This document shows, piece by piece, positions 39,189-51,400 of a stretch of DNA of 64,000 nucleotides. The notes below the pieces were generated by a model that did not search any database, was not told where the DNA came from, and saw only the letters and a list, made by a program, of their open reading frames with translations. The position numbers and the translations under genes were made by a program. Origin of the DNA: Spongospora subterranea f. sp. subterranea (taxonomy: Eukaryota); the NCBI GenBank assembly GCA_049724395.1, contig JAUGWO010000062.1, positions 124,001 to 188,000 on the forward strand, read 5' to 3'. Each line of letters opens with the position of its first letter. Positions within the stretch are counted from its first letter, which is position 1.

Positions 39189-42100
39189 TCATGCGTTGAG
39201 GTTGAAACCGCCGCCCACAAATCTATTCTGCTGTTGAATAAACTGATGTTGTTGCCGGATCAGCGGATCGTTCGGATCTATGTGTTCTCCTCGTTGCGAT
39301 TCCTTCTCCAGCTGCAGTACTTTCTTCTGCTCTAGGTATTTCCGTTTGACGTCTTGCAGTTCGGCATTGACATGTGCGATCTCGAATCGGTACTCGTTCG
39401 CTTGCGCTTGCAACATGTTCATCTCGGCCGCCATTGCCTTCATTTGCCTCGTTTTATCCTTAAAACAAATTAAATCGTTTTCCATTGTTTTACCTATTTT
39501 TTTACTCTACCTTCAAAGTTTGTTGATATACACAAAGTTGTTCTGCTATTTCTGGACCTGGCTGTCTGGCCAAAATGTTTTTCAAATCCAGATATAGTTT
39601 CTGGTTCTCTTGAATTACGACGTTCTTCTCGACAACCTCCTCGGTTTTGGCTATCAGCCGTTTTTGCAACGTCTGTATTTTTTGCAGCATCTCATACGCT
39701 TTCGGATCGCTTCCTTCAAGTTTCCTCCATCTGGAAAAACAATTAAAGGTCAGTCCATCAGGTCTTTCACCCGAGCGATTTTCTTGGACCTGTGAACGTT
39801 CATTGGTGTTTCGAGCTCTTCGGATAGCGCCGTCACTTTTGTCCTTTCCTGTAATATCTCGATGTGTAAGTGATGCACTTCGCTCTTCAGCGCGTCCATA
39901 TCGGCCAACTGCATGGTTCGCAGGGACAACATCCGATCCATATCGGCTATATCCCTCTTCATCAGTTTGATGTCGTTCAAACGCTCCTGGTATTGGGTCT
40001 CCCCTTTGGCCAGCACCGACTCCTGGATCTTGATCTTTTCATACAGCAACGCCAGCTCGTCGTTCCGTCGTATCAGTTGCGACCCCAGTACATCCTACGA
40101 CAAGGTCATGATCAAACTCAATGCCGACGGCGCTCTAGTTCGAAGGAAACCCCAACCCTTTCCGCAACAACGTCATCGTAAACCTTCTTCTGCTGCTTCT
40201 GAGCTTGTTCGGCTTCTTGCAAGGCGAACCTGAGATTCTTAATCTCCACGTCCTGACTCGCCAATAGCTGATCGGTGCTTTCCAGAATCGTGTCCTTCTT
40301 GGCTAAGTGTTTCTTTTGCGATTTCAGTTCCTCTTTCAGACTCTTGACCTGGAAGTGCTGTTGTATGACGGCCTAGAACACATTGTAATTGTCATCCCGT
40401 TCTCATCGAATACGTTGTCCGTGATCCGACCGAACCTCGTCTTTCTTCTGGATCTCTTCTTTCAGTTGTTCAATCTGATGGGTGATGATTTTGAACTTCT
40501 TCCTCATCTCGGATATCTCGTCTTGTACTTCCACGTACTGCTGAGAAAAGTGATTGCGATCTGCTCTGACGCTTTCGTATAGCGCCTGTTGCGCTTTCAG
40601 TTTCGCCCTCTCCTCTGCTATCTTCTTTTGAAGTTCCGTTATTTCCATGTCCTTCCCTTGCGATGCTTCCTGAGCCTAATTTTGCAAAATCACAAGAAAA
40701 TAAGGGTTTTGTGAAACAACGGTTTATGTTTGTTCTCGACCTCTTCATATTTCTTTTGCCACGATATCGTGATCATCGACGCCTTCTCTTGACCGACTTC
40801 CAGATCGTGATTGCTCTTCAGCAGCTTTTCCTCGAGAAGTTTATGCGCCTTGATATCTTGTTCAAGATTCCTGCACCATTTACTCATCAGCCCGAGCAAT
40901 TACAAAACAAGCTGTTCGACTTTTTGGCATCTTTATGCGCTTTGACCAACTCAACTTGCACTTTGTTCTTATCTTTCGAGGTCTGGAACCCGATCGCTAG
41001 CCGTTTTTCAGCAGAACTTGTAGCTCTTTGATCGCTTTCTCATCTGAATCGGCGTGGCGTCTGAATGTGTCGATTTCCTTTGAAAATCCCAACAGTTCCG
41101 CCTTGAGAAATTCTCTCTGGCCCTCAACTTCCTAAAAAGTTCGTCCAAAGCATTTCAGTAAATCCCCGTTGACAACGAGCGATGTCGAACCTGCTTCTTT
41201 TCCGCAATCGCCTCCAAGTCTTTCGCGCCTTTCGCCATTTTCCTCTTCAACTGCTCAATCTCGTCGCTCTTCTTCCTGATCGTCTCTGCGTTGACTTTAA
41301 GCTCCTCGTGGACGGCGTCCATCTGTTCCGTCGATCTGCTTTGTGCTTTCACATATCCCTCGATTTTTCGCTCATATTCGTCATTTTTCAGGCGCAGATC
41401 GTCTCCCACCCTCCGATATCTAGTCCAATTTTCAAACATCGAAGTCACGTCCAAACATGGCGCCAAGGGCGGTGACGCCGCCAAATACATACCGTTCCAT
41501 GTTGATGGAATTGTCCCTGATCAGCAGTCGCAGCTGCTCCGATTCCCCTTTGACCTGCTCCAGCTCGAACGCCATCTGCTGCAGCTCAAGTTCGCGATTA
41601 TCGCTGAACTCTTTTATTCCCAGCATCTCGTCCTGAAGGCGCTGTGCCCGACGACTTTCACGATCGGCATCGCTTTGCGTCTTTTTCAAATTCAGTTCCG
41701 CGTTCTCCAACGAAGCCTTCAAACTGTCTTTGACCTGTCGGCAAATTTCAATCATCTCCTATCGAAAGCTTCGCTAATTTTGTACCATTTGAAATTCGTC
41801 GGCATCCTTTTTAAACCCCTCGATTTGCGCCGTTTGTGTTTGCAACGTCGAATTGAGATGAGCGATCTCCGCCGTCAGCTTCTGCTTCTCCGCCATCAGT
41901 TCGTTGACCGTGTTCTCCTGTCCAATGCTCAATCCGGCTCCTTGATCGACTAACCGACTCAGGTTGGCGATTTCCTGCTTCAGCATCGACGTGGTTTTCT
42001 TCGCGTTTTTCTCCTTCTCGTGAGCGGCGTCGACCATCTTCCACGCCTTGTCGATTTCCTTTTTGAGTAGCTGGATTGAGTTTTGGTCCTCTTGACTCAA

Positions 42101-42481
42101 TCTCAGTGCGGCGTGCACTTTTGCTGCATTCTGCAATATATCAGCGTTGAGCGTCCTGCACTTGTTGATCAATGATTTCTCATTATCGTGCGACTTTTTC
42201 AACGCCGAATGCAGCTTCTCATATTCCATGCGGAACGTCTTCAGTGAGTCGTCGGCCGATAGTTGCTCAAACACTTTCTTGAAGTCTCGCTCCATCGCTT
42301 CGAAGGAGCTGGCCTGAGAGGCCTCATTGCTGATGGCGTCATCCGTTGGCGCCGCCGCCTGTACAAACAACCGGTCACTCCAATTGCGTTGCCGAGATGG
42401 ATTTTGATCGGGTCTTACGTCCGTCATGACGTTGGGAAAACGGGTACTGATGCTGGACCTCCCGCCTGATCCTGGCGCCAC
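39189..42481 (-). CDS. CFAP58: Cilia- and flagella-associated protein 58, multi-exon (exact start uncertain)
   Basis: FRMEYEKLHSALKKSHDNEK, LKKEIDKAWKMVDAAHEKE, YESVRADRN, ALSEELETPMNVHR-WRKLEGSDP, KIQTLQKRLI and terminal GGGFNL. Frameshift at 41004-41008. Confidence 0.92.
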
Positions 42482-43089
42482 CTCAACCTGCTGAGGATGA
42501 TTGCCAAGTACTCTGATTGATCCACAGGTCGTATATAAGTATCAGATACCAACTCGCCTTCGCAACTCAAACGAAGTTTCGCTAATCGCTGGGCGCCGGC
42601 GTCTTAACCGACATCCATCGCCCGCGCTGCTGGTTCCGAATTTGTGGCCAGGTTCGGTCAATGCTCAAAATAGCCTGGCCTTTCGCACTTCACTGAATAA
42701 TCGTTCTCCAGATATTCGGTTGGGTTTTCAAGATGCTGCATCGGGTGACAGTATTCCCCATCCCTGTATAATGGCATCGGAATTATTTGAAGTATAAACG
42801 ACCTGACTCGGGTTGAACGTTTTGTTGAGGTTCGATTCCTATGGTCTAATACCGTTCACGCAGCTGTAGCGATCAACACTATTCTATTGAGACGTTAACC
42901 GAACTCCTATTTGAACAGACTTGCTGATCTATCCAGATGATTCTCCAAATCACACCTGAATTTGGTCATTTATCAGTTCGCAGGTACACGAATTAGACAC
43001 TGGTTCATTGACAGCTGGCGATGTGATCGTTTGATATCAAAAGCAGCGGCACCTGCGGCGGGAATGGGAGATTGATTATCCCTTGATGG

Positions 43090-43720
43090 ATCATGGGTAT
43101 TTATAGGCCGGGATGGATTCGAGAGCCCCAGCATTGACGGGCCCAGATGGTACTGAACAGGAGGTCAAATGCTGCAATTGAGGGGAACAGAGATACCGTG
43201 CTCTAAGTGCCCCGATTGGCGTATCTGAGAACGGATAACTCTCATGACAATGGGGGAAACACACCTGGTACAATCATAGCAGGAGAAATGCCAACGGAGG
43301 AATCGATCCTTCCTGCAAACCTAACCTGACGAATAATTGCCATTTGAAACACCCTGAGAACGAAACAACGACTTTGAGTCCTGCTCTCATTAGGAAGAGA
43401 GTTGCCGCTTGAAATGGAATACCCGAATGTGCTGTGAAGCGGAATGTTTGCGATAAACGGCGTTGTGTAAAGGCCGAGTTGGCTGGAAATGATGACCAAA
43501 ACTTACGAGGCGATTTGGGGTCGGTCTATTTCCATTGTGTCGTCAAACAATCTAGACAGATTGACCTTGGTCTTGAGGATGTGGCGAATCACTTATTCCA
43601 GTCCCCGTGGCACATCTCTTCATCCACACATTTTCCAAACTTGTGACCGACATGGTTGGCTGATAAAGAGGCGGTTTGGCACTCAGTCTATCCATCAACA
43701 ACTCACAAAATACAGTTCTA
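43090..43720 (+). mobile_element. Possible heavily decayed non-LTR retrotransposon fragment
   Basis: Stop-ridden frame containing RYRALSAPIG and LGLEDVANHLFQSPW, loosely like the post-RT Y.YLG.PIG and L...PN.FF..P regions of R2/NeSL-type elements. Confidence 0.25.
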
Positions 43721-44047
43721 ATCAACACCCCGTAGGGTGTTGCTGAAAACATGGCCAAAAATACTCATATTTTCAGTCAATACGGGGAAAACATCAACTG
43801 TGGGGTGTTTTCGGCGATTTTGCCCATTGATCTCGTGGTGATGCAAGCCCTCAGAGCTGTCATAGACTTGAACAAGTTCCCGTTTTTGTTTTTTTCGTGT
43901 CTGTGGGGCTCAGGCGCCGTTCAGGGCCCGTAGGTCCGCAAGGCGTCATCCTTGGCAACATCCCAATCGTGTCGGCGCCCGGTGAGGATTGTGTTGCGTT
44001 GCCCCGGTGGCCAACACCCTAGTCGGACGCGAGGAACCTGGGGCGGC

Positions 44048-45006
44048 ATGGCTCACGACAATGGCACAGAGATGAGGCTGCTTCCCACAGCATTGGCCAG
44101 CTCCAGCGCCGCCTTGCTGGCCAGAATCCCGGTGCACCCGCTAGACACGGTTAAGGCGATGCAACAGGCGTCAAGCGCCACCAACCCCTCTATCATATCC
44201 GTCTTGCGAAACACGTCAATAGTTCGTCTGTATCAGGGATTGTCTATAACATCTCTGGGATCTATTCCGGCCGGAGCTCTGTACTTTGTCACATATGAAC
44301 TCGCGAAACGGCACCTCCATGGGCACAACGAGCATTTGGCACACTTCTCTGCCGGGATGATGGCTGAGACATTATCGTGTCTGATATGGCTGCCGATTGA
44401 TGTTGTTAAAGAGCGGCGACAGGTTCAACTTGACCCGAAAACGTATAAATCCGACCTCGATGCGCTTCTTTCCATATACAGGAGTCGTCAAGGGATTCGC
44501 CAGCTCTATCGAGGATATTTCGCCACGTTATTGAGCTTTGGGCCGTTCACGGGGATACATTTCATGTTGTATGAAGCGCTGAAAAAACGGGTTCAACAGG
44601 ATGAAAGAACCCCCCTGGGCTTATTTCAGAGCCTTCTGGTTGGTTCGGCAAGCGGTGCCACAGCAGCTGCTATTACAGCTCCTCTAGACATGGCCAAGCT
44701 ACGATTGCAGGTCATCCAATTGTGCACCGTTTTCTTCTTACGATTTAGTTGGAGACGGCAGGTTCAATCTGATTCGCTTCCGTTCCGATACAGCAACGTG
44801 TTCGGTGGAATGAGGTCGATCGTGGCGTCAGATGGATTCGTTGGGTTATTCAAAAAGGCGTCGGTGCCCGAATTGCTTTGTAAGTATATGGCCGGGTTCC
44901 GTCAGGACATATGTTTAACCCCATCTGGCTCAGTCATGTACCTTCGACTGCGATCAGCATAACATTGTATGAAATGTTCAAAGTGAAGTTCCATTCTGTT
45001 TTTTAA
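44048..45006 (+). CDS. Mitochondrial carrier family (SLC25) protein
   Basis: Three Px[D/E]xxK signatures (PLDTVK, PIDVVKER, PLDMAKLRLQ) with LYQG, LYRG and GLFK; the last helix GVGARIAFHVPSTAISITLYE requires a frame change at 44852-44856. Confidence 0.9.
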
Positions 45007-45426
45007 TTATTTAAACCACTTGTCGAATAAACGATAAACACGGGGACGTTGTGTCGAACACGGTTGGTACAACAGCAATTCACCCTCTTCTCAGCTGCGC
45101 TGGCTCGATTGTTTTTTTTCATCCACCGTGTCTGTTCCTCAAAGCTTTCACGATGGAAGCGCACGCAGCTGAGAACTTAGCCATGTCAACTGATAATCGC
45201 CCGTTGTCCAGAACCCAAGCAGATACCGTCAAGCGCGAGGCATTATTAGGCAGGCCAGCGTGACCGCTTAGACGCCGTTCACGATTTGTGTGTCCAACGC
45301 ATTGTCCCAGGATTGCAATCTCACTCGCTTCCCGACCACGCCGTGGCTGAATCCCAGTGTGTCAGACGACCCAGCCCTGCCGGCCGGCCGCCTGTAACCG
45401 CAATGATCACTCACTCGCTTCCCAAC

Positions 45427-45957
45427 GGGCGCGACAATCTCTAGAGACGCGCTCTGTTGATGCGATACTAGGGTGACGGGCGCGACAATCTCTAGAGACG
45501 CGCTCTGTTGATGCGATACTAGGTTGACGGGCGCGACAATCTCTAGAGACGCGCTCTGTTGATGCGATACCAGGTTGACAGACGCGCCCCTATACCCTAT
45601 ATGTGTATCGTCATGTGTAACAGTGGCCGCAATGTCCCAAAGGGCGCGACAATCTCTAGAGACGCGCTCTGTTGATGCGATACCAGGTTGACAGACGCGC
45701 CCCTATACCCTATATGTGTATCGTCATGTGTAACAGTGGCCGCAATGTCCCAACGGGCGCGACAATCTCTAGAGACGCGCTCTGTTGATGCGATACCAGG
45801 TTGACAGACGCGCCCCTATACCCTATATGTGTATCGTCATGTGTAACAGTGGCCGCAATGTCCCAACGGGCGCGACAATCTCTAGAGACGCGCTCTGTTG
45901 ATGCGATACCAGGTTGACAGACGCGCCCCTATCTGTGTATCGTCATGTGTAACAGTG
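45427..45957. repeat. Compound tandem array: six cores, with 51-bp then 113-bp periodicity
   Basis: Core GGGCGCGACAATCTCTAGAGACGCGCTCTGTTGATGCGATAC at 45427, 45478, 45529, 45642, 45755 and 45868. Confidence 0.95.
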
Positions 45958-46039
45958 AAGGGGTGATGATCTACCACTGGTATTCCATTAATTAACTCCT
46001 CTTGTTAATTCATTGCCATTTGAAGCTGTTTTGGACGCG

Positions 46040-47071
46040 ATGAGGAGTCGACCGAATCGGTTCGCGCCAGCGACGATCGTGGCGGCGATTTTCGGATATC
46101 GACATAGGATACAGTTCTACAGAACATCGGTGCTGATGATGTTCGGAGTGATGGCGCTGAACGTGTTCGTCATTCTACTGTTCAATGACGCATTCCCCTA
46201 TGTATCCTGCTATCTGGTACGCCGTCAATCACATCTATGGGGTTCTGGGTAATCCATCAATGTACGACGATTGGGTTCCAGGCCGATCACAACGATTACC
46301 TAGTGCTGAATGTTGTGCGCTGTCGGTTGAAAACGACGACCTTGAAGAGCGCAACAGAACTCATTGAACAGACTGTAAACCTTCTATCATCCATGAAAAT
46401 TCAGTACTTTTTGAACGGTGAACTTTTACTGCTGGCAATCATGCCAGGTAAGGGATCAGTTTATGATCGTTTTTTCCAATAACCATATTGCTGTAGACTA
46501 CGCCTCCTACAAACCCTTTTGCATGAAGACATGTCGGTTGGGATACTCCCAGCTGGGCTGGCGACATTGCAAACCACTCCATATGCGCTACCCAAGCGGT
46601 ATCACAATCAAACCCTATTCGGCCATGATGTAGAGCTGACTTCTCCTTAGATACCATTTATCTGTAATCAACAGCAAGATTCACCACGTTGGATCCAGAG
46701 ACCGATCCGTTGTTGCCCGTTTAGTCGATCGCGAAACTGATCTCTACTTGGACATACACGAGTTTGTAAAAAAAACCATACTCCGCGGTAAATTGGAACA
46801 CATTTAAATGCAGTTCCCTCAGGTCCCGGTTTTTGAGGATCGAGGAGAGAGTATTTATCTAAAGACAGTGTGGTCTACAAGTTGGCATCGCTGTATGGGA
46901 TGTGAAAATCGTCCGGAAGATGATAGGCGTCACGTGTATGTGCCCTTCTCATGGATTATTCCGACAACAAGTTGCGAGTACCGAGGTATCTCTGCCAGCT
47001 GTCCCGCTCAATCTAAAAAACTTCTCGAATATTATTTCGATATTGATAATCCATCTACTGAGAACCGATAA
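46040..47071 (+). CDS. LicD/fukutin-like nucleotidyltransferase-fold type II membrane protein with a degenerate catalytic motif, multi-exon
   Basis: N-terminal TM helix; IQYFLNGELLLLAI, HEDMSVGI, ARLVDRETDLYLDIHEF and WIIPTTSCEYRGISASCPAQSKKLLEYYF follow the LicD motif order. Confidence 0.7.
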
Positions 47072-47221
47072 ATGAAGAACATCTACAATTGATCGTACAC
47101 AAAAGTTGGACTCTGTATCCTGTAGATTCGCAAACATATCAAACAGTGATTCAACTGTCGAAAGGAAGACGTGGTAGGTGAGTCCTTTTGATTAATGATC
47201 ATTATATCAAGTTATTAGGAC

Positions 47222-47713
47222 ATGGAACTTCTGGACTGCTGTCAAGAATTAATTTGCTGCTTTGCTTGCGCCTGGTGTTGCACTAAGGCGGTTGACAAAG
47301 TCAATGGCAAGAATAAGAACGAAAATAATCAGCAATACAATAATCAATACGGCCAAGGTCAACAACTATACGATGCTCAAGGTCGCCCAGTAGTTGTGCA
47401 ATACGCCCAACCCACACAATATGGTCAACCAGCGCCAAATGCTCCAGGGCCATACGGCCAACCAAGCACAATGCAATATGGCCAACCAAGCACAATGCAA
47501 TATGGCCAACCTGCTTACGGCCAGGCTCCATACCCTGTTGACCAGCGGATACAGTATGGCCAACCACCGCAGCAACAACCTGTGGACAACGCTAAAACGG
47601 TTCAATACGTCCAAGAGCCATATCCCCAGCAACAGACTTCCTCCGCCCCTGTAAATCAGCAGTCTCAACCAATCCAGGGGCAGGAAACAGTATACAAACC
47701 CAATAAAGTATAG
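47222..47713 (+). CDS. Small protein with a Cys-rich N-terminus and QYGQP repeats
   Basis: 163-aa ATG ORF; 7 Cys in the first 20 aa; Q/Y/G/P-rich body including a 24-bp duplication encoding QYGQPSTM. Confidence 0.8.
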   Translation: MELLDCCQELICCFACAWCCTKAVDKVNGKNKNENNQQYNNQYGQGQQLYDAQGRPVVVQYAQPTQYGQPAPNAPGPYGQPSTMQYGQPSTMQYGQPAYGQAPYPVDQRIQYGQPPQQQPVDNAKTVQYVQEPYPQQQTSSAPVNQQSQPIQGQETVYKPNKV

Positions 47714-48498
47714 GAAACTATCAATATTTTTATACAAAGCCGAATTAGTGACAACGATGTAGTATAAAAACGGTTTGAGAGCAAATTCCGGGCGCCTACA
47801 AAGTCTTAAAACAACAGGTCAGTTCGACATAGATGGGAATGATTTGTGATTGGACGATACTATTCGTCGTGGAGATGATTATCGACATAAGGATGCCGAG
47901 TTTGGCGATTTAGTGTATTCCAATAATTTCAGTCGAGTACAGTACGCGGTTTCGTTCATTAACAACGGTTCGGGACGTTGGCGTTAAAAGGCATTCGACT
48001 AAACACTAAATGGTATCTCACAATAACTTCCAGTCCCGACCTTCATTACCTTGTGGCCGTTATGAAATAATTCCGATTGTCTGAAAGTCGTGGCACGAGT
48101 CGGTATGAACGACCACCACGGGAGTTTGCGATATCAGAAAATTATACAATCGATTGTCAGCGGAATATATCGATAGCGAAAGAAAAGCATTTTTTGTTAA
48201 GAATTTCCTGTCTGTACTGTTATCATGGCTAAGGGATAACGGTGGGACAAGCCGAAGCGGTCTCCTGCCGCATTATTACGACCAACGTTGATGACAAGTC
48301 GCTTAGAATTTTTCAAATCGGCCGCTTTGCATGCGCTCGCAAAGGTCAAAGAGATGAAAAAAATTCAAAGCTAACGGATGTGATTTGGAGTTTTGTTGAT
48401 GCGACGTGCATGTGGCGCTGGGCTCCGACCTCGTTGCGATTACAGTAACTCTAATAAGTTTAATTATTTAAAAAATATACGATCAGGCATTGGCATCA

Positions 48499-51400
48499 TT
48501 ATGATGCAAAGCATTCGAACATGGCGCTGCTGGATGCTTTTGCGCTTTGCAATAATTCTAGTCGCTTGCCATCTAAAGGACCTGAGTTAGAACTGCGAGT
48601 AGACAAACCGTTTAATGGAATCCATACAAGGTTCATAGCTATCTTCGCATAATCTAGACTTGAGTTCTCTTATTCTCGGTGCGCCTTCCGGATGGGCAGC
48701 GATAATGGGCTGCAGAACTACCTCAATGAATTCAATTTCCAACAGCAATTGATCACTTCCAACTTGACAGAACCTATTGATAACAGATATCAAACATTCG
48801 CGGCAAAATGTATATGCCATTTCAGGTACAAACTTGTCGATTTGACTTAAGCAGTCGCCAAAAGCAGCGATTATTTGGAGAGCCAGGTGGGACAGAATAT
48901 TAGACTCAAAGCGGGAATCAGAGCCGATGCTGCTAATTTGTTCGTGAACAAATACCAACCTCATCAACAGCTCAAACACATATCCTCGAACATCTGTTCA
49001 TTGGTGAAAAAGAGGAAATTAAGGGGGATAACGATCAGCCGACTTTGGACTGGGGGCGCATCTTCCCAAGATAACCCACAGAGTAATATTCCTTTGGCGA
49101 CAGTACGGTTCAAATCCAAGGTTAAATGTTTTAGATAGCTATCGAGCGCCAATTGTTCCAGCACTGATACGAGATCAAGTGTACTCTGAATAGCGACCAG
49201 AAACAAGTCAGAAAAGAAGAATTTGCAATTCGTAAACTAACATGCAAGTGATTTCCCAGTGATTTAGACGAGACTGACGGAATCACATCGGCAAAGTTAT
49301 CCCAGATCAAAGGTATGGTTTCATTGCGACAATACGCAAGATTGTGAACGATTAGAAGAGTTCGAAACTCCTACCATAACTGAGAACAAGGACCAAGTAA
49401 CGCAATTCGCAACCACTCAGTCCTAACTTCGGTGGATTTCAGTTGTTTTGCCTCTGGAACTGCAGTGTCAGCATCAGCAGCAGGAGGTTTCGCATCAACA
49501 ACGACAGGAACGCGTAGCAAATATTCATGTATACCGTCCAGCGCAACGCGGATTATTTCAAGAAGAGGTGGTCCAACCTGAACCATCATTTTGAGACGCA
49601 ACGCGGCAATGAATAGATTCAGGCCGAGTCTTACTTTTAACGCGACCCATTCATCGTGAATCCCATGGGGACAGACTTTCGTTATTGCTTGTATTGCCGT
49701 TAAAGCATCAAGCGCTACCGATTGAATCATTCGCGGTACTTGGATAATGCCCCTCGTCCGAATGCTTTGATCGATCTCCTACAAAAATTATACTGTGGCT
49801 CAAAGGAGAATGAGTTAACGTACAAAGAGCTCTTCTGATATTGGATTGGAGACTGCTGCCAGAGCTGATTTCAGAGTTGACTCGACAAAAGAATCAGCAC
49901 ATAAATCGCAAAGATTTCTAACATCTGCAATCGAATCCTAGAACAGATAACAATGAATCTTTGGAAACGAGAATAGATATTGCTCATTACCTCGGAAACA
50001 TCTAAATTATAAAGAAATTCATACAATCCGAGAACGGCACAAACAATTTCTTGAACGTTCGGAAATGAGCGCAAAACGCCATTTACTAGTAAAGCATTGG
50101 TCGCAATGGAGCAAAACAGCGAATAAATTGATCGAAATTTTTCGTTACACCTAAAAGCCTATCAGAACGACGTTTTGAGGGATCGAGATCAGTACAGTTC
50201 AATCGATTTTTGCAGGCCACCTGCCGATTGCACCTGGAAGATCCAATTAAAATAACAAGACAAGTTGGATACCTAGATGTACCTTTCCAACCACCCCAGA
50301 TGCTATGTCGCACATAAGTTTCCACATTAGCGGTAGTCGTGACCTAAATTAGTGAACAAATTTTGAAAAGGTTTTCCTAAGTCAATACACACCGAAGTAA
50401 TCCAGTAATGGTCATGATAAATTCAGGATTAGCGTTGCCCTCCGATCCGAGGCAATTGTGAGAATTCTCGAGGCTTTTCATTTCAGCTGAAATCCACTCA
50501 AACTGTTTATCCAAGAAATACAGAGCAGGATCATCTTGACAGTCAAGATCGACCAAAACCCTTGTCAGAATGTAAAAAATCTGTGATGGCGATACTTCAA
50601 GCCCTTTCATCTTACCCGATCAACCGAATTTGTTCTTCGAATCGTAATACGGGAGAGCTGAGTGATGTCAACAGATCACGGCGAAATCCGTCAACAATTT
50701 TGTGAACTTCAGAAATGACTTGATCAAGCAGGTCTACATTGATTCCTTTCAAGTTTACAATGCGCCTGTAATCTCGAACAACTGCATCGTATCTACATAG
50801 CTGCACACACAACACGAATATTGTTTCGAATTCCGCGAAGGTCATGCAAACTGACCTTGATATTCTTTGATAGGACGCCCGGCATCGTAAACAGGATGTT
50901 GAATCGTTTAAGAACTGTGAGAACATGCCTAATTCGATCGGCTTCGTCTTTTCTTTGAAAAAGGGGTGCGTACAGAGTGGATACTTTCTGACAGACAGCT
51001 TTGAGGATCGGGAGGACCGCCCCAGTGTTGCTTTGATGATTACGTCCAGAGGTGCTCAACTGAACTTCAGTCGTGCAAAGGTCGTGTCTAAAAAGAACGT
51101 AAAAAAAGCAGAAATTACAACAAATGTTGCAATCACATAGAATCAATTGCGTCTTTGCAGCTTACAAACTGATCGAAATGGTCTCGGACTAATTCTCGCA
51201 TAAGATTTTGGCGATTATTTACTACCTAAATGTTCTCAAAAACAAAAAGTAGATGAACCGCCTCGCGTACCTCTCTAAGGTTCTTCAGACCGCTTTGCAA
51301 CTGATCGAACGGCGTAGAACGATGAACTTCTAGAAGAAATAGAACCGGATTGAAATCTTCTTCATATGGCGAACATGAACCTAATGAAATCTTTCGACAA

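Noticed and set aside
42780..42850. GGTTCGATTCC T-loop-like motif suggesting a tRNA
   Set aside because: No acceptor, D or anticodon stems could be paired.
45427..45957. CRISPR-like appearance (palindromic repeat with intervening sequence)
   Set aside because: The intervening sequences are near-identical rather than unique spacers, there are no cas genes, and the context is eukaryotic.
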